Shown here: in pieces, positions 18,649 to 28,418 of the stretch
How the letters are laid out: each line of letters opens with the position of its first letter
Position numbering within the stretch: the first letter of the stretch is position 1
Notes under the pieces: model-generated
The model's input: the letters and a program-made list of their open reading frames with translations, nothing else
The model's database searches: none
Told to the model about the DNA's origin: nothing
DNA from: Methanobacteriota archaeon
GTDB lineage: Archaea; Halobacteriota; Methanomicrobia; Methanomicrobiales; Methanospirillaceae
DNA: 53,888 nt
Direction of reading: 5' to 3'
NCBI GenBank assembly: GCA_029547145.1
Contig: JAKPPV010000043.1
Location: forward strand, 1-53,888
Made by a program: the position numbers and the translations under genes

Positions 18649-19496
18649 CCGCGGTCCCCCTCTCCCGGCTCCTCGCCTTCATCGAGGAGGACGCCCCCTT
18701 CGGGGACGTGACGACGGAGGCCGTGCTCGATGACGGGGCGTGCGAGGCCCGGCTCCGCTTCCGGGAGGCGGGGGTGGCCGCCGGCCTCGCCGAGGCGACC
18801 GCGCTCTTCTCGCATTACGGGGTCACGGTGACCCCCCTCGCCGCCGACGGTGAGCGGGTCGGGGCGGGCGCCGTGGTGCTCCGGCTCGAGGGGCCGATCC
18901 GTGCGGTCCTGCTCGTCGAGCGGACCGCGCTCAACCTGGTCGGGCGGATGGCCGGGATCGCGACCGCCACCGCCCGGTACGTGGCCCTCGCCCGCGCCGC
19001 CCATCCCGGCGTCCGGGTGGCGGCAACCCGCAAGACCGCGCCGGGCCTCCGCCTGCTCGACAAGCGGGCGGTCGTCCTGGGCGGCGGCGACCCCCACCGG
19101 TACACCCTCTCGGACGCGGTCCTCGTCAAGGACAACCACCTGGCGCTCGTCGGGATCGAGGAGGCAGTACGCCGGGCCCGGGCCGGCTCGGCCTACCGGG
19201 TGGTCGAGGTGGAGGTGGAGACCGCGGACGAGGCGGTGCGCGCGGCACGGGCCGGGGCCGGGATCGTGATGCTGGACAACATGACCCCGGACGGCGTGCG
19301 GGAGGCCCTCGCCGCCCTCGCGGCGGCCGGGCTCCGGGAACGGGTGACCGTCGAGGTCTCGGGCGGGATCACCGAGGAGACGGTCGGTACGTATGCAGCC
19401 CTCGGGGTCGACATCATCAGCGTCGGGGCGCTCACCCACTCCGTCCGGGCGCTCGATCTCACCCTCGAGGTCGTTGCGCCGCGACAGGCGGATTGA
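18645..19496 (+). CDS. nadC: Nicotinate-nucleotide pyrophosphorylase (quinolinate phosphoribosyltransferase), GTG start
   Basis: 283 aa. Motifs TRKTAPGLR and VKDNH...VEVE typical of NadC. Confidence 0.85.
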   Translation: MTAVPLSRLLAFIEEDAPFGDVTTEAVLDDGACEARLRFREAGVAAGLAEATALFSHYGVTVTPLAADGERVGAGAVVLRLEGPIRAVLLVERTALNLVGRMAGIATATARYVALARAAHPGVRVAATRKTAPGLRLLDKRAVVLGGGDPHRYTLSDAVLVKDNHLALVGIEEAVRRARAGSAYRVVEVEVETADEAVRAARAGAGIVMLDNMTPDGVREALAALAAAGLRERVTVEVSGGITEETVGTYAALGVDIISVGALTHSVRALDLTLEVVAPRQAD

Positions 19497-19522
19497 AGAG
19501 GGAACAGGGCCGTACAGGACTC

Positions 19523-19708
19523 ATGGACGATGTCCGACCGATCCGTCACCTCCCCCCCGGGGACGAGGCCCGCGTCTGTCCCGACTGCGGATACACCCGG
19601 GGGTTCCATCTCACCCTGCTCCCCGGCGACGCGGACGCCCGCCCGGTCGTCCTCTGCTGCCCCGAGTGCGGGGCCCGGTTCGATCCCGGCTGGCGGGTCC
19701 GGCTGTAG
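19523..19708 (+). CDS. Small zinc-ribbon protein (61 aa)
   Basis: MDDVRPIRHLPPGDEARVCPDCGYTRGFHL...CCPECGARF, a C4 ribbon. An alternative TTG start at 19493 overlaps the nadC stop. Confidence 0.4.
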   Translation: MDDVRPIRHLPPGDEARVCPDCGYTRGFHLTLLPGDADARPVVLCCPECGARFDPGWRVRL

Positions 19709-19715
19709 CCTGGTC

Positions 19716-20696
19716 GTGCACGGACCGCTGGCGATCGATGCGGGCGATCTGGCGGACCTGGTCGCCCGCCTGGACCCGGCCCGGATCACGGTGGCCGGGG
19801 TGATGGCCCGGTGCGCGGCGGAGGAGCATGGCCTGGCCGCCTGCTGGACCGCGGAGCGACCGTCGGCGGTCCTCGGACGGGACCCGGACGCGGTGCTCGT
19901 GAACCGGGGGCGCGACCCGGTCTCCGGGCGCGTCTTCGGCGAGGAGGTCGCCCGCCGTATCGACCGGCCGCTCGTCCATCTCGAGTGCGCGGACCGGGTC
20001 GTGATCGCCTGGAACGGGGCCGACGGGCGGCCCCTCGCCCGCCGGCTCGGGTGGCCCCTCGAGGAGCACCGGGCCGTACCGGCGGCGACGGGCGGAAATT
20101 GCCGGACGATCCGGGGGTGCCGGCCCGGGGACCCCGTGATGGTGGACGGGATCGTGGTCGGGCGTGCGACCGCCTCCGAGGTCCGCCTCGTCTCGGACGG
20201 GGAGACGATCCTCGCGGAGGCGGGGTGCACGCTCCGGGCCCACGGGGTCGAGAAGCTCCGGCGGCGCGGGCCGATCCACCTCTCCGGCGCCTGGTGCACG
20301 GCCGGCACGCTCCGGGACGCCCGGCCGCGAAGGGGAGGGAGGCGCCCGAGGACCGGGCGCGTCCTGGTCCTCGACCACGACGCGGTCGCCCTCTACCGCG
20401 GGCTCGACGGTGACGTCTGCGGCGTCCTCGCGGTCGGTGACGACACGACGGCCGCCCTCCTCCACCTGGGTGTCCACCTGGACCTCCCGGTCTTCGGGGT
20501 CACCGACGGGGACGGGGACGGGCTGGTCGCCGGGGAGGGGGCCCCGGGGTCGGTCGTGGTCCGGACGAACGGGGAGCGGGACGACGAGCTGGGACGGGAG
20601 CTCGCCGGGCGCCTGGACGGCGGGCCGGTCGACTGGGACCGGTTCGTCGCCGACCTCCTCCGGTATCTCGGGGACCGGGTCCGGGTGGTGGGATGA
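19716..20696 (+). CDS. Hypothetical protein (~326 aa), candidate GTG start
   Basis: Coding-like frame from LVVHGPLAIDAGDLADLVARL... to ...LRYLGDRVRVVG. Stop overlaps the nreA ATG (ATGA). The 5' part of the ORF-track call overlaps the Zn-ribbon gene in another frame, so the start is uncertain. Confidence 0.4.
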   Translation: MHGPLAIDAGDLADLVARLDPARITVAGVMARCAAEEHGLAACWTAERPSAVLGRDPDAVLVNRGRDPVSGRVFGEEVARRIDRPLVHLECADRVVIAWNGADGRPLARRLGWPLEEHRAVPAATGGNCRTIRGCRPGDPVMVDGIVVGRATASEVRLVSDGETILAEAGCTLRAHGVEKLRRRGPIHLSGAWCTAGTLRDARPRRGGRRPRTGRVLVLDHDAVALYRGLDGDVCGVLAVGDDTTAALLHLGVHLDLPVFGVTDGDGDGLVAGEGAPGSVVVRTNGERDDELGRELAGRLDGGPVDWDRFVADLLRYLGDRVRVVG

Positions 20697-21853
20697 ACGG
20701 CGGCCGGATGGACTGCGCGGGCTGCAAGGGGAGGGGCCTCTGCGGCCTTTCGCGCTGCCCGATCACGGCCCGGTTCCGCGCGCGGGTCAATAGCCGGCCG
20801 GTCAGTGACTACATGGGCGCGGCGCCCTCCGTCTTCGTCGGCTCGTACGGCTACCCGGCGGTCCAGGGCGGTCCCCTCCTCCTCGCCGACGAGGACCGGC
20901 CGCCGGCCTGGCTTGCCCGGGGGCTCACCATCGACGACGTGGTGGACCTCCGGGCCTCCGCGATCGCGGCACGGGCCCCGGTCCCGCGGGTCCGGGAGGC
21001 GATCGCCGAGGTCGCCCTCTCGGCTCGACCGGTCGACGTCGAGGTCGCGTTCGCCCGCCCGGTCGACTTCGATATCCGGTTCGACGGCGTCCTCACCCCG
21101 GTGGGGCGGTCCGGGCCCGTCCGCGACCTCGACGTCCTGGACAACCCGGTCGTCCCCCGGGCGGTCGACCGGGTCACCTCCGATTCCGACCTCTCCGCGT
21201 CGGAGGGGCTCGCCGAGCTCTACCGTGCCGACGTGGACGTCTACCACCTGGCGAACCTCCTCTCCGCCGGCGTCCTCGGACGGCGGCGGCGGGTGGTCCC
21301 CACCCGGTGGGCGATCACCGCAGTCGACGACACGCTCGGAAGGGCGCAGACGCGGGAGCTCGTGCGGTATCCATCGGTCGAGGAGGTTCTCGTCTTCTCC
21401 CACACCCTCTACGGGAATACGATCGCCGTCCTGCTCGCCCCCGGGGGCTGGCAGTTCGAGATGATCGAGCGGTGGCGGGCCCACAGCCTCTGGACCCACG
21501 ACCAGGACGCCGTGACGGTGGACGGGGAGGGGAAGCGCCCGTCCGGGTACTCCCCGATCGCCGGGGCCTACTACTCGGCCCGCCTCGCCGTGACCGACCA
21601 CCTGGTCTCGGTCCGGCGGCAGGCCCGGGCCCTCGTACTCCGCTCGGTGACGGGCGAGTACTGGGCCCCGCTCGGGACCTGGGTCGTCCGCGAGGCGGCG
21701 CTCGCGGCGATGCGCTCGCCCCCCGAGCGCTACGCGACCCTCGCCGAGGGGGCGGCGGCGCTCGACCGCCACTACGGGGACGGTTCGTGGCGGGAGAAGT
21801 CCTCGCTCCTGCCGCGGATGCGGGCCGAGCGGACGCTCAGCGACTTCTTCTGA
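20693..21853 (+). CDS. nreA: NreA-like DNA repair protein (archaeal Nre family, N-terminal C4 zinc finger)
   Basis: 386 aa starting MNGGRMDCAGCKGRGLCGLSRCP, the Nre-type CxxCxG..LCG..CP finger. Length and architecture fit the Nre family. Confidence 0.55.
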   Translation: MNGGRMDCAGCKGRGLCGLSRCPITARFRARVNSRPVSDYMGAAPSVFVGSYGYPAVQGGPLLLADEDRPPAWLARGLTIDDVVDLRASAIAARAPVPRVREAIAEVALSARPVDVEVAFARPVDFDIRFDGVLTPVGRSGPVRDLDVLDNPVVPRAVDRVTSDSDLSASEGLAELYRADVDVYHLANLLSAGVLGRRRRVVPTRWAITAVDDTLGRAQTRELVRYPSVEEVLVFSHTLYGNTIAVLLAPGGWQFEMIERWRAHSLWTHDQDAVTVDGEGKRPSGYSPIAGAYYSARLAVTDHLVSVRRQARALVLRSVTGEYWAPLGTWVVREAALAAMRSPPERYATLAEGAAALDRHYGDGSWREKSSLLPRMRAERTLSDFF

Positions 21854-22073
21854 CCGCCCCCTCGTCCGGGTCGGGCGCGAAGGTAGTCAATAATACCTGA
21901 CAAAAAGTAAGGTTTATGTTACATCATCGCCCACCTCGATCGGGACCTGCGAACCCCCCGTCTTCGGGCGACCGTGCGGGCATCCGTCCGCGTCGCCCGG
22001 GGAGGAGGTGAATCGGCAGGGGAGACCCGACCATGATGCGGACCGCGAACAGGTGCACGGAGAGAGAGAAGAG

Positions 22074-22472
22074 ATGACCACGACCACGCCGCGGTACCCC
22101 GGACTGCTCGCCCTCCTGGTCGCCGGGCTGCTCGCCTGCGGTATCTGCGCCGCCGGATGCTCGGAGACCCCGTCCGGAACCACCAGCCCCGTGGCGGTGG
22201 GGACCGGGGACGGGACACCGGAGGGCGTCCTTTCGTCATCCACCGCGAACGCCACGGACCTTCACGCACCCGGCATCTCCCCCCCGCCGGGTGCGTCCCC
22301 GCACGGCGCGCCACCCGGGGGGAACCCCGGCGCCGGGCTCCGTCCGAACGGGACACCGCCCGACGGCCCCCCGCCATCCGGACTGCACCCGAACGGGACG
22401 CCTCCGGACGGGACCGTTCCGGGCAGGGGGCCGCCGGGAGACGCCGGCGGCGTCCCCCCCGCGGACCGGTGA
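22074..22472 (+). CDS. Pro/Gly-rich putative lipoprotein
   Basis: MTTTTPRYPGLLALLVAGLLACGICAAGC (signal plus lipobox-like Cys), then a low-complexity P/G-rich region. Preceded by a GGAGAGAGAGAAGAG RBS-like tract. Confidence 0.4.
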   Translation: MTTTTPRYPGLLALLVAGLLACGICAAGCSETPSGTTSPVAVGTGDGTPEGVLSSSTANATDLHAPGISPPPGASPHGAPPGGNPGAGLRPNGTPPDGPPPSGLHPNGTPPDGTVPGRGPPGDAGGVPPADR

Positions 22473-22567
22473 ACCACCACGCCGGACCGTGCACCCCGAC
22501 CGTCGCCACACCTCCGGCCCGGGATCGGATCGACGACTTTTTTGTTGACCAGGACGAACGGTCTGCC

Positions 22568-23566
22568 ATGGCGATCGACGTCCACGACGCGGCCCTCGGC
22601 GCCCTGGTGGGGCTCGCGGTGGGAGACGCTCTCGGAGCGCCGGTCGAGTTCCTGAAACCGGGCAGCTTCGACCCGATCACCGGGTACCGCCAGGGGGGGG
22701 TGATGAACCTGCCCGCCGGGTGCTGGACCGACGACACGGCCCTCGCCCTCTGCGTGGCCGAGAGCCTGATCGCGTGCGGCGGTCTCGACCCCGAGGACCA
22801 GCTCCGTCGCTACGTCCGCTACTGGCGGGAGGGGTACCAGGCCCCGACGGGGGTCTGCCTCGACATCGGCACGACGACCCGGCGCGCACTGGAGGCCTAT
22901 CTCCGAACCGGTGCGACGGTCGCGGGACCGGTCGCGGGACTCACCCCCGGCAACGGGTCTCTCATGCGCCTCGCTCCGATCCCGGTCTTCTGGGCGATGG
23001 ACCCGGCCCGGGCGGTCGAGGCGGCCGCCACAATGAGCCGGACCACCCACGCATCCCCCGAGTCGGTGGACGCCTGCCGGTACCTGGCCGCCCTCCTGGT
23101 GGGGGCCTTCCACGGGGCGGAAAAGGACGAGCTGACTGCACCGCTCTACTCCCCGGTGCCCGGGTTCTGGGACGACCGGCCGCTCTGCCCCGCCATCGCC
23201 CGGGTAGCGGCGGGTTCGTTCCTCGAGCGGGAACCCCCCGCGATCCGGGCGGGGGGAGGCGCCGTCGACTGCCTCGAGGCGGCGCTCTGGGCGTTCTCCC
23301 GCGGGAGGTCGTTCAAAGAGGTCGTCCTCGCGGCCGTCAACCTGGGCGAGGACGCCGATACGGCCGGCGCCGTCGCCGGGCAGCTCGCCGGCGCCTGCTA
23401 CGGCCACCTGGGGATCCCGTCCGCCTGGCGCGAGGGGCTCCTCCGGCACCGGGACCTGGTCTCGACCGGGATGCGCCTGGTGGTCGCCGGTACCCGGGCC
23501 GCCCTCGGGCTCGGCCCGGCGGATCCGGCGGTGGCGAACGGGGTCCCGCGGCGCGGCCGGTGGTGA
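22568..23566 (+). CDS. ADP-ribosylglycohydrolase family protein (DraG/ARH-like)
   Basis: 332 aa. N-terminal GALVGLAVGDALGAPVEF and CWTDDTALAL, C-terminal GEDADTAGAVAGQLAGACYG, the family hallmark motifs. Confidence 0.75.
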   Translation: MAIDVHDAALGALVGLAVGDALGAPVEFLKPGSFDPITGYRQGGVMNLPAGCWTDDTALALCVAESLIACGGLDPEDQLRRYVRYWREGYQAPTGVCLDIGTTTRRALEAYLRTGATVAGPVAGLTPGNGSLMRLAPIPVFWAMDPARAVEAAATMSRTTHASPESVDACRYLAALLVGAFHGAEKDELTAPLYSPVPGFWDDRPLCPAIARVAAGSFLEREPPAIRAGGGAVDCLEAALWAFSRGRSFKEVVLAAVNLGEDADTAGAVAGQLAGACYGHLGIPSAWREGLLRHRDLVSTGMRLVVAGTRAALGLGPADPAVANGVPRRGRW

Positions 23567-23962
23567 GGGAGCAGACCGTCCTTCACCCCCGACTCCCCTG
23601 CCCGGACCCGTCTTTCGGGGCGATCCTCTCCTTCATGCGCGGACTTTGTCGCGAGGGACCGGGAGACGACCGGTACGCGGAACACCTCCTCGCCCCGCTC
23701 GCTCTCCCCCGCGGGTCGCCGATATGGGCCCGGGGGGCGGGGTTCACGACGGTCGACCGGGGATCGGAGTTCCTCCGGGGGCTCGCCTACCGGCGCAACC
23801 TGCTCGTACCGGGTGGCCTGGTGGTCGTCCCGGGGCTATCCCGGCTCGTCGATGGCCCACGGGGAGGGAGGAGCCGGTCCGGGAGGTGGAGGAGAAGATG
23901 CATCTTTCTGCAGCCCATCCCCCCGCCTCCGTCCAGGCCTTCTCCCTGATGCGGCGCGGCGA

Positions 23963-25447
23963 CTAGAGCGCCCCGAAGAGCCGGACGACGTCCGCGAAGT
24001 CGATCCTGCCGTTCCCGTTCCGGTCGAAGGCGGCGATCGGCTCGTTCGCGGCGATCCAGTCCATCCGGTTGAAGAGGAGGACCACGTCCGCGAAGTCGGC
24101 CCTCCCGTTGCCGTTCACGTCCTCGACGATGCCGTCCCCGTCCAGGTCACCGGGCCGCCCCGAACCGCCCGGGACCGGGAGGAGGGTGGCGGGCAGGGGG
24201 AACCGGCCCGGCTTCGGCACGAGGTCGCCGGTCCAGAGCCCCCAGTGGGGCCCCACCCCGCCGGGCTCCCCCGTCTTCCACGCCTCGTCGAAGGCGGAGA
24301 AGTAGAAGTACGGCACCCCGCGAGCGTCGAGGAGCGCCGTCGTCTCGTGGAGGTACCGCACTGCGTTCTCCGCCGAGGGGACCGCCCGGCCCTGCGGCGC
24401 GCCCGCATCGGGCCAGCCGAGCTCGCCGATCACCACCGTCCGCCCGCCGGCGACGGCGGCCACCGACTCCCACGCGGCGAGGGTACGGGGCGGGGCCGCC
24501 CCGATCTCGGACCCCTCCCAGAACGGGTAGACGTGCACGACGAGGAGGTCCGAGGCCTCGACGACCGCCGGGTGGGCGAGCAGCTGCGCGTAGCCGTCCG
24601 CGGTCGCCACCGGCACCCCGGGGACCTCCCGGCGGATCCATTCCAGGTAGGTGACGATGTCCCGTTCCGAGAGGTCGCCCCGGAGCAGGCACTCGCTCCC
24701 GACGATGAGGAAGTCCGCATCCCCCGCCCGACCTGACCCGACGAGGGCGAGCAGGGCGCGCCGGTTCGCCGCCGGGTCCGCGGTGAGCCAGGCACCGACC
24801 GCCGCCTTCCGGCCGAGGGCGTGCGCCGTCGCCCCGAACCGCTCCAGCCCGCCGTCGACGCCGTAGGAACGGAGCCAGGTGGTGCGGGGTGCGACGACGG
24901 AGAGCCGTCCCCGGAGGACGTCGGGGGAGAGGACCGTCTCCCCGGGCCGTTCGCCGTTCAGGTACGGCCCGACGCAGAGCCCCACGAGCTCGGTCCCGTT
25001 CCGGGCGAAGGAGGGGGCGGCCCGCGGCGCCGGCGCCGGGCGGGCGCGTTCATCGCAGGGATACGCGGCGAGGACGGTCGGCAGGGTGGACGCCCCGGCG
25101 AGCGCCGGAGGGACCACCCCGCGGGGGAGGAGGTACGCGGCGAAACGGGTGGATGCCAGGTCGTTGCCCCCCGTGGCGAAGGTGGCGTTCCAGAACCCGT
25201 CGGACCGGATCGGGGTGAGGGGCTCCGCCCACGTCGGTTTCGGGCCCCACCACCGCCCATCCACCTGGACGTAGAGGACCACGCACCAGTCATCGGGGTC
25301 CACGTCCCCGACCACCCCGGAGACCCAGTCCCGGGTGCTCCCCGGGGGCGGGATGGAGAGGAGGCCGATCGAGGGGTCGGCCGGTACCGACGGGGAGAGG
25401 AGCAGGAGGAGGAGAACGGAGAGGAGAAGGCCGGCGGTGCGTGGCAT
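23963..25447 (-). CDS. Secreted TIM-barrel glycoside hydrolase-like protein (GH17/GH5-like, e.g. beta-1,3-glucanase family) with two C-terminal dockerin-like repeats
   Basis: Signal peptide MPRTAGLLLSVLLLLLLSPSVPA (start at 25447 inside the ORF to 25501). VVIGELGWP resembles the GH17/GH5 nucleophile motif. C-terminal DLDGDGIVEDVNGNGRADFADVVLLF and DRNGNGRIDFADVVRLF are Ca-binding dockerin-type repeats. Confidence 0.55.
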   Translation of the reverse strand: MPRTAGLLLSVLLLLLLSPSVPADPSIGLLSIPPPGSTRDWVSGVVGDVDPDDWCVVLYVQVDGRWWGPKPTWAEPLTPIRSDGFWNATFATGGNDLASTRFAAYLLPRGVVPPALAGASTLPTVLAAYPCDERARPAPAPRAAPSFARNGTELVGLCVGPYLNGERPGETVLSPDVLRGRLSVVAPRTTWLRSYGVDGGLERFGATAHALGRKAAVGAWLTADPAANRRALLALVGSGRAGDADFLIVGSECLLRGDLSERDIVTYLEWIRREVPGVPVATADGYAQLLAHPAVVEASDLLVVHVYPFWEGSEIGAAPPRTLAAWESVAAVAGGRTVVIGELGWPDAGAPQGRAVPSAENAVRYLHETTALLDARGVPYFYFSAFDEAWKTGEPGGVGPHWGLWTGDLVPKPGRFPLPATLLPVPGGSGRPGDLDGDGIVEDVNGNGRADFADVVLLFNRMDWIAANEPIAAFDRNGNGRIDFADVVRLFGAL

Positions 25448-25500
25448 GGTGCGCGGGTAGACCTTGGGATATTTATGTTTTTCCAAAAATATTCCGAACA

Positions 25501-26748
25501 CTACGGCGGTCCGTCCCGTCCTCCAGGGCGGGGCGGGGAGAGGCCGAGCAGGTCCGCCGCTGCCCGGATGAGGGCCTCGACCGCGCGGGCCGTCCGCGCG
25601 ACGAGCGCCACGTCGACCCGGTCGAGGGTATCGGCCGGGGTATGGAGCACGGCGTCAAGGACGTCCGGCGGGGCGGCGGTCGAGACGGCCATGCCCGGGA
25701 CGCCCCCCATGCAGAAGACCATGTGGTCGCCCCCGGGCCAGGGGTCGACCCTGACGAGGTCGGGGTGGCGGGCGAGGACCTCGAGGGCCCCGGATTCGAG
25801 GGCGGGGGGGCACGCGAAGAACGCGAGGCTGGCAGGATGTCCCGCGAGGCCGATGCCGTCCAGGTTGACCACCAGCCGGACCCGGGCGGGGTCGAGATGG
25901 CCGGCCCCGATGTAGGCGACCTCTCCCGGCGCCGCGTAATGCTCCTCGCCGTTGAAGCAGGTGAACTCCAGGGGGCAGGGGGGATCGGCGGCAAACCGCT
26001 CGGCGAGCGCGAGCAGGACCGCGAGGCCGGTCGCGTTGTCGAGCGCACCGGGGGTGAGGTGCTTCGTGTCGAGGTGCGCCGAGACGACGATGCACGGCCC
26101 GTCGCCGCCGATCCGTCCGATCACGTCCGCCGCCTCGACCGGTAAGGAGACGGTCCCGATGGCGAGCCGGGCCGGTTCGTCCCCGCAGGAGAGGAGGCGG
26201 GCCCCTGCCACCGGCCCGACGGTGCACGAGGGGATGCCGAACGACCCGTCGATGATCACGGGCACGGGGAAGTCCAGGCGGGGCGAGACCGTGATGACGG
26301 CGGCAGGACCCATGGCCCTCAGCCGGCGGACGCGGGCCCGCACCGCCTCGTCCGAAAAGAACGGGAACTCCTCCGGCATCCAGGGTGCCACCGTGAGGGG
26401 GCCGTGGAGGACGACGATCCTCCCGGCCCCATCGAGGGTTGCGAGCCCCTCGTCCGAAGAGGCCGCGACGACCCCCGCCTCGACGTCGCAGGGCAGGCTG
26501 TACGGGTTCGCCACCCCGACGAGCCCGTCCTCGCCGCACCGGAGAAAGACCCGTTCCGCCCGCCAGTCCTCGCAGGAGAAGGCGAGCCGTTCGACCCCGC
26601 ACCCGGCATCGCGGAGGACGCCGCCGAGGTACGCCTCCAGGTGGCGGTTCGGTTCGGAGCCCGTCGGCCGCTCGCCGATGGCGGCGATCGCAGCGAGGTG
26701 CCGCCGGACGAGGTCCCCGGGTCCGCCCGGCCCGGTATGGGGCGTCAT
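25501..26748 (-). CDS. M28-family zinc peptidase (aminopeptidase-like)
   Basis: 415 aa from MTPHTGPGG... Conserved SAHLDT, DNATG and NGEE metal-ligand motifs. ATG overlaps the ligase stop (ATGA). The longer ORF-track product adds a junk N-terminus that overlaps the ligase. Confidence 0.7.
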   Translation of the reverse strand: MTPHTGPGGPGDLVRRHLAAIAAIGERPTGSEPNRHLEAYLGGVLRDAGCGVERLAFSCEDWRAERVFLRCGEDGLVGVANPYSLPCDVEAGVVAASSDEGLATLDGAGRIVVLHGPLTVAPWMPEEFPFFSDEAVRARVRRLRAMGPAAVITVSPRLDFPVPVIIDGSFGIPSCTVGPVAGARLLSCGDEPARLAIGTVSLPVEAADVIGRIGGDGPCIVVSAHLDTKHLTPGALDNATGLAVLLALAERFAADPPCPLEFTCFNGEEHYAAPGEVAYIGAGHLDPARVRLVVNLDGIGLAGHPASLAFFACPPALESGALEVLARHPDLVRVDPWPGGDHMVFCMGGVPGMAVSTAAPPDVLDAVLHTPADTLDRVDVALVARTARAVEALIRAAADLLGLSPPRPGGRDGPP

Positions 26749-28418
26749 GGCAGGGGGTCGGGCCGGGGTCCGCCGTTCCCGTTCCGGGTTGCCTGTGCCC
26801 GGTACCGCGCGATCAGGCTCTCCAGGGTCTCCACCTCGTCGATCCCCTTGTCCTCCCGGACCCGGACGAAGCGGGGGAAGCGGAGGGCGTAGCCGCTCGC
26901 ATAGTTGGGGCTCGCCTGGATCTCGGAGTAGCCGACCTCGAAGACCACCCGTGGCTCCAGGATCACCGAGGCCCCCGACTCGGCGATCACCAGATCCCGG
27001 AAGAGGGCATGGAGCGTCGTCAGGTCCTCGTCGGTCATGCCCGTGGCGACCCGCCCCACGGGGAGGAGGCGACCCCCGTCCTGGACCGCCAGCTCGTACG
27101 TCCCGAAGGTGCCGGCCCGCCGGCCCTCGCCCCACCCCGCGCCGACGACGGCAAGGTCGAGGGTCTCGGCCTCGGGCTTGATCTTAACCCAGGCCCGGCC
27201 CCGCGCCCCGGGGGTATAGGGCGCGCCGGGGACCTTCAGCATCACCCCCTCGTGCCCCTCGGCGAGCGCGCGCTCGTAGACGGCCCGGACGCTCTCTTCA
27301 TCGCCGAGCACCTGCTGGGGCGCGAGGTGTTCGGCGAGGACCTGCTCGAGGCGGGCCCGCCGCTCGGCGAGCGGGCGGTCGAGCAGGGACTCGCCCCCGG
27401 CCCAGAGGCAGTCGAAGACACGCGGCACGAGCGCGATCGCCTCGCGCGCCTCCGCGACCCCGTGCTTGCGCCGGAACCGGCGGAGGACGGTCTGGAACGG
27501 GAGCGGGCGCCCGTCGGGACCGACGGCCACCACCTCGGCGTCCAGGATGACGTCGGTCCGTGTCGCGCCGAGGAGGGCCTCGACCACCTCGGGGAGGGCG
27601 TGGGTCACCTCCTCGAGCCGGCGCGACCAGCACCGGCCGATGCCGCCGCTCCGGTGGAACTGGATCCGCGAGCCGTCGTACTTGTACTCCACCGCGACCG
27701 GGCCGAAGTCCGCGAGCTGCTGGGCGATCGTCCCCTGCTGGGCGAGCATCAGGCGGACCGGCCGGAACGGGACGATGGAGACCGCGCCGAGCGCCTCCGG
27801 CCCCTCCCGGGCGAGGAGGGCGACCTCGCCGAGGTCGTTCTTCACCTGCTGGGCGTGCTCGACGAGGGCGGGGTCGACCCCGGAGGCGAGGGCGATCGCA
27901 TCGCGGACCGTCCCCTCGCCGATGCCGATCCGGAGCTCCGCGAGGACGAGCCGGGCGAAGTAGCGGGCCTCGACAGGGGTCATCGAACCGAACCCCTGCC
28001 GGAGGAGGCGCATCTTCGCCTGCTGCGACTGGGGTCCGGCGGTCGAGGCGACGCGGACGAGGAGGGCATGCACCTCGGCGAGCGTCATCGACTCGGAGAA
28101 GAACGATGACTGCTGGCGGTGCGCGAGGAGGCGCTCGACGGCGACCCCGGGGTCGCCGGTCTCGTTCACGAGCCGGACGACGTCGGCCTTCTTCCGGCCC
28201 GCGACGTAGGCGACCGCCTCGTAGAGGAGGTTCGGGCCGATCCCGAGCTTCTCGGCGGACCAGTCCGGAAAGACCCGGCCCTGGACGAACCGGACGAAGA
28301 CCGGGAGCTCCACGTCGTCGAGCCCGGGGAGGAGCGAGGCGAGCAGGTCCCGCATCTCGAGCCGGCCGGAGAGCCCCTCGAGCTGCTCGCAGACCCGGGC
28401 GAACTCGGCGAACTCCAC
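26745..28418 (-). CDS. lig: ATP-dependent DNA ligase, GTG start
   Basis: 557 aa. Adenylation motif I EYKYDGSR. Archaeal ligase N-terminal DNA-binding domain. Directly follows the MBL gene stop. Confidence 0.9.
   Translation of the reverse strand: MEFAEFARVCEQLEGLSGRLEMRDLLASLLPGLDDVELPVFVRFVQGRVFPDWSAEKLGIGPNLLYEAVAYVAGRKKADVVRLVNETGDPGVAVERLLAHRQQSSFFSESMTLAEVHALLVRVASTAGPQSQQAKMRLLRQGFGSMTPVEARYFARLVLAELRIGIGEGTVRDAIALASGVDPALVEHAQQVKNDLGEVALLAREGPEALGAVSIVPFRPVRLMLAQQGTIAQQLADFGPVAVEYKYDGSRIQFHRSGGIGRCWSRRLEEVTHALPEVVEALLGATRTDVILDAEVVAVGPDGRPLPFQTVLRRFRRKHGVAEAREAIALVPRVFDCLWAGGESLLDRPLAERRARLEQVLAEHLAPQQVLGDEESVRAVYERALAEGHEGVMLKVPGAPYTPGARGRAWVKIKPEAETLDLAVVGAGWGEGRRAGTFGTYELAVQDGGRLLPVGRVATGMTDEDLTTLHALFRDLVIAESGASVILEPRVVFEVGYSEIQASPNYASGYALRFPRFVRVREDKGIDEVETLESLIARYRAQATRNGNGGPRPDPLP

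Noticed and set aside
23617-23949. Possible small + strand ORF between ADP-ribosylglycohydrolase and the GH gene
   Set aside because: In-frame tail of a long spurious ORF (22720-23949). It contains clusters of rare AGG/AGA codons and has no recognisable features, so it is left unannotated.
25501-27135. 544-aa ORF as a single gene
   Set aside because: The first 129 codons overlap the DNA ligase 3' end in another frame. The real M28 peptidase starts at 26748, coupled to the ligase stop.
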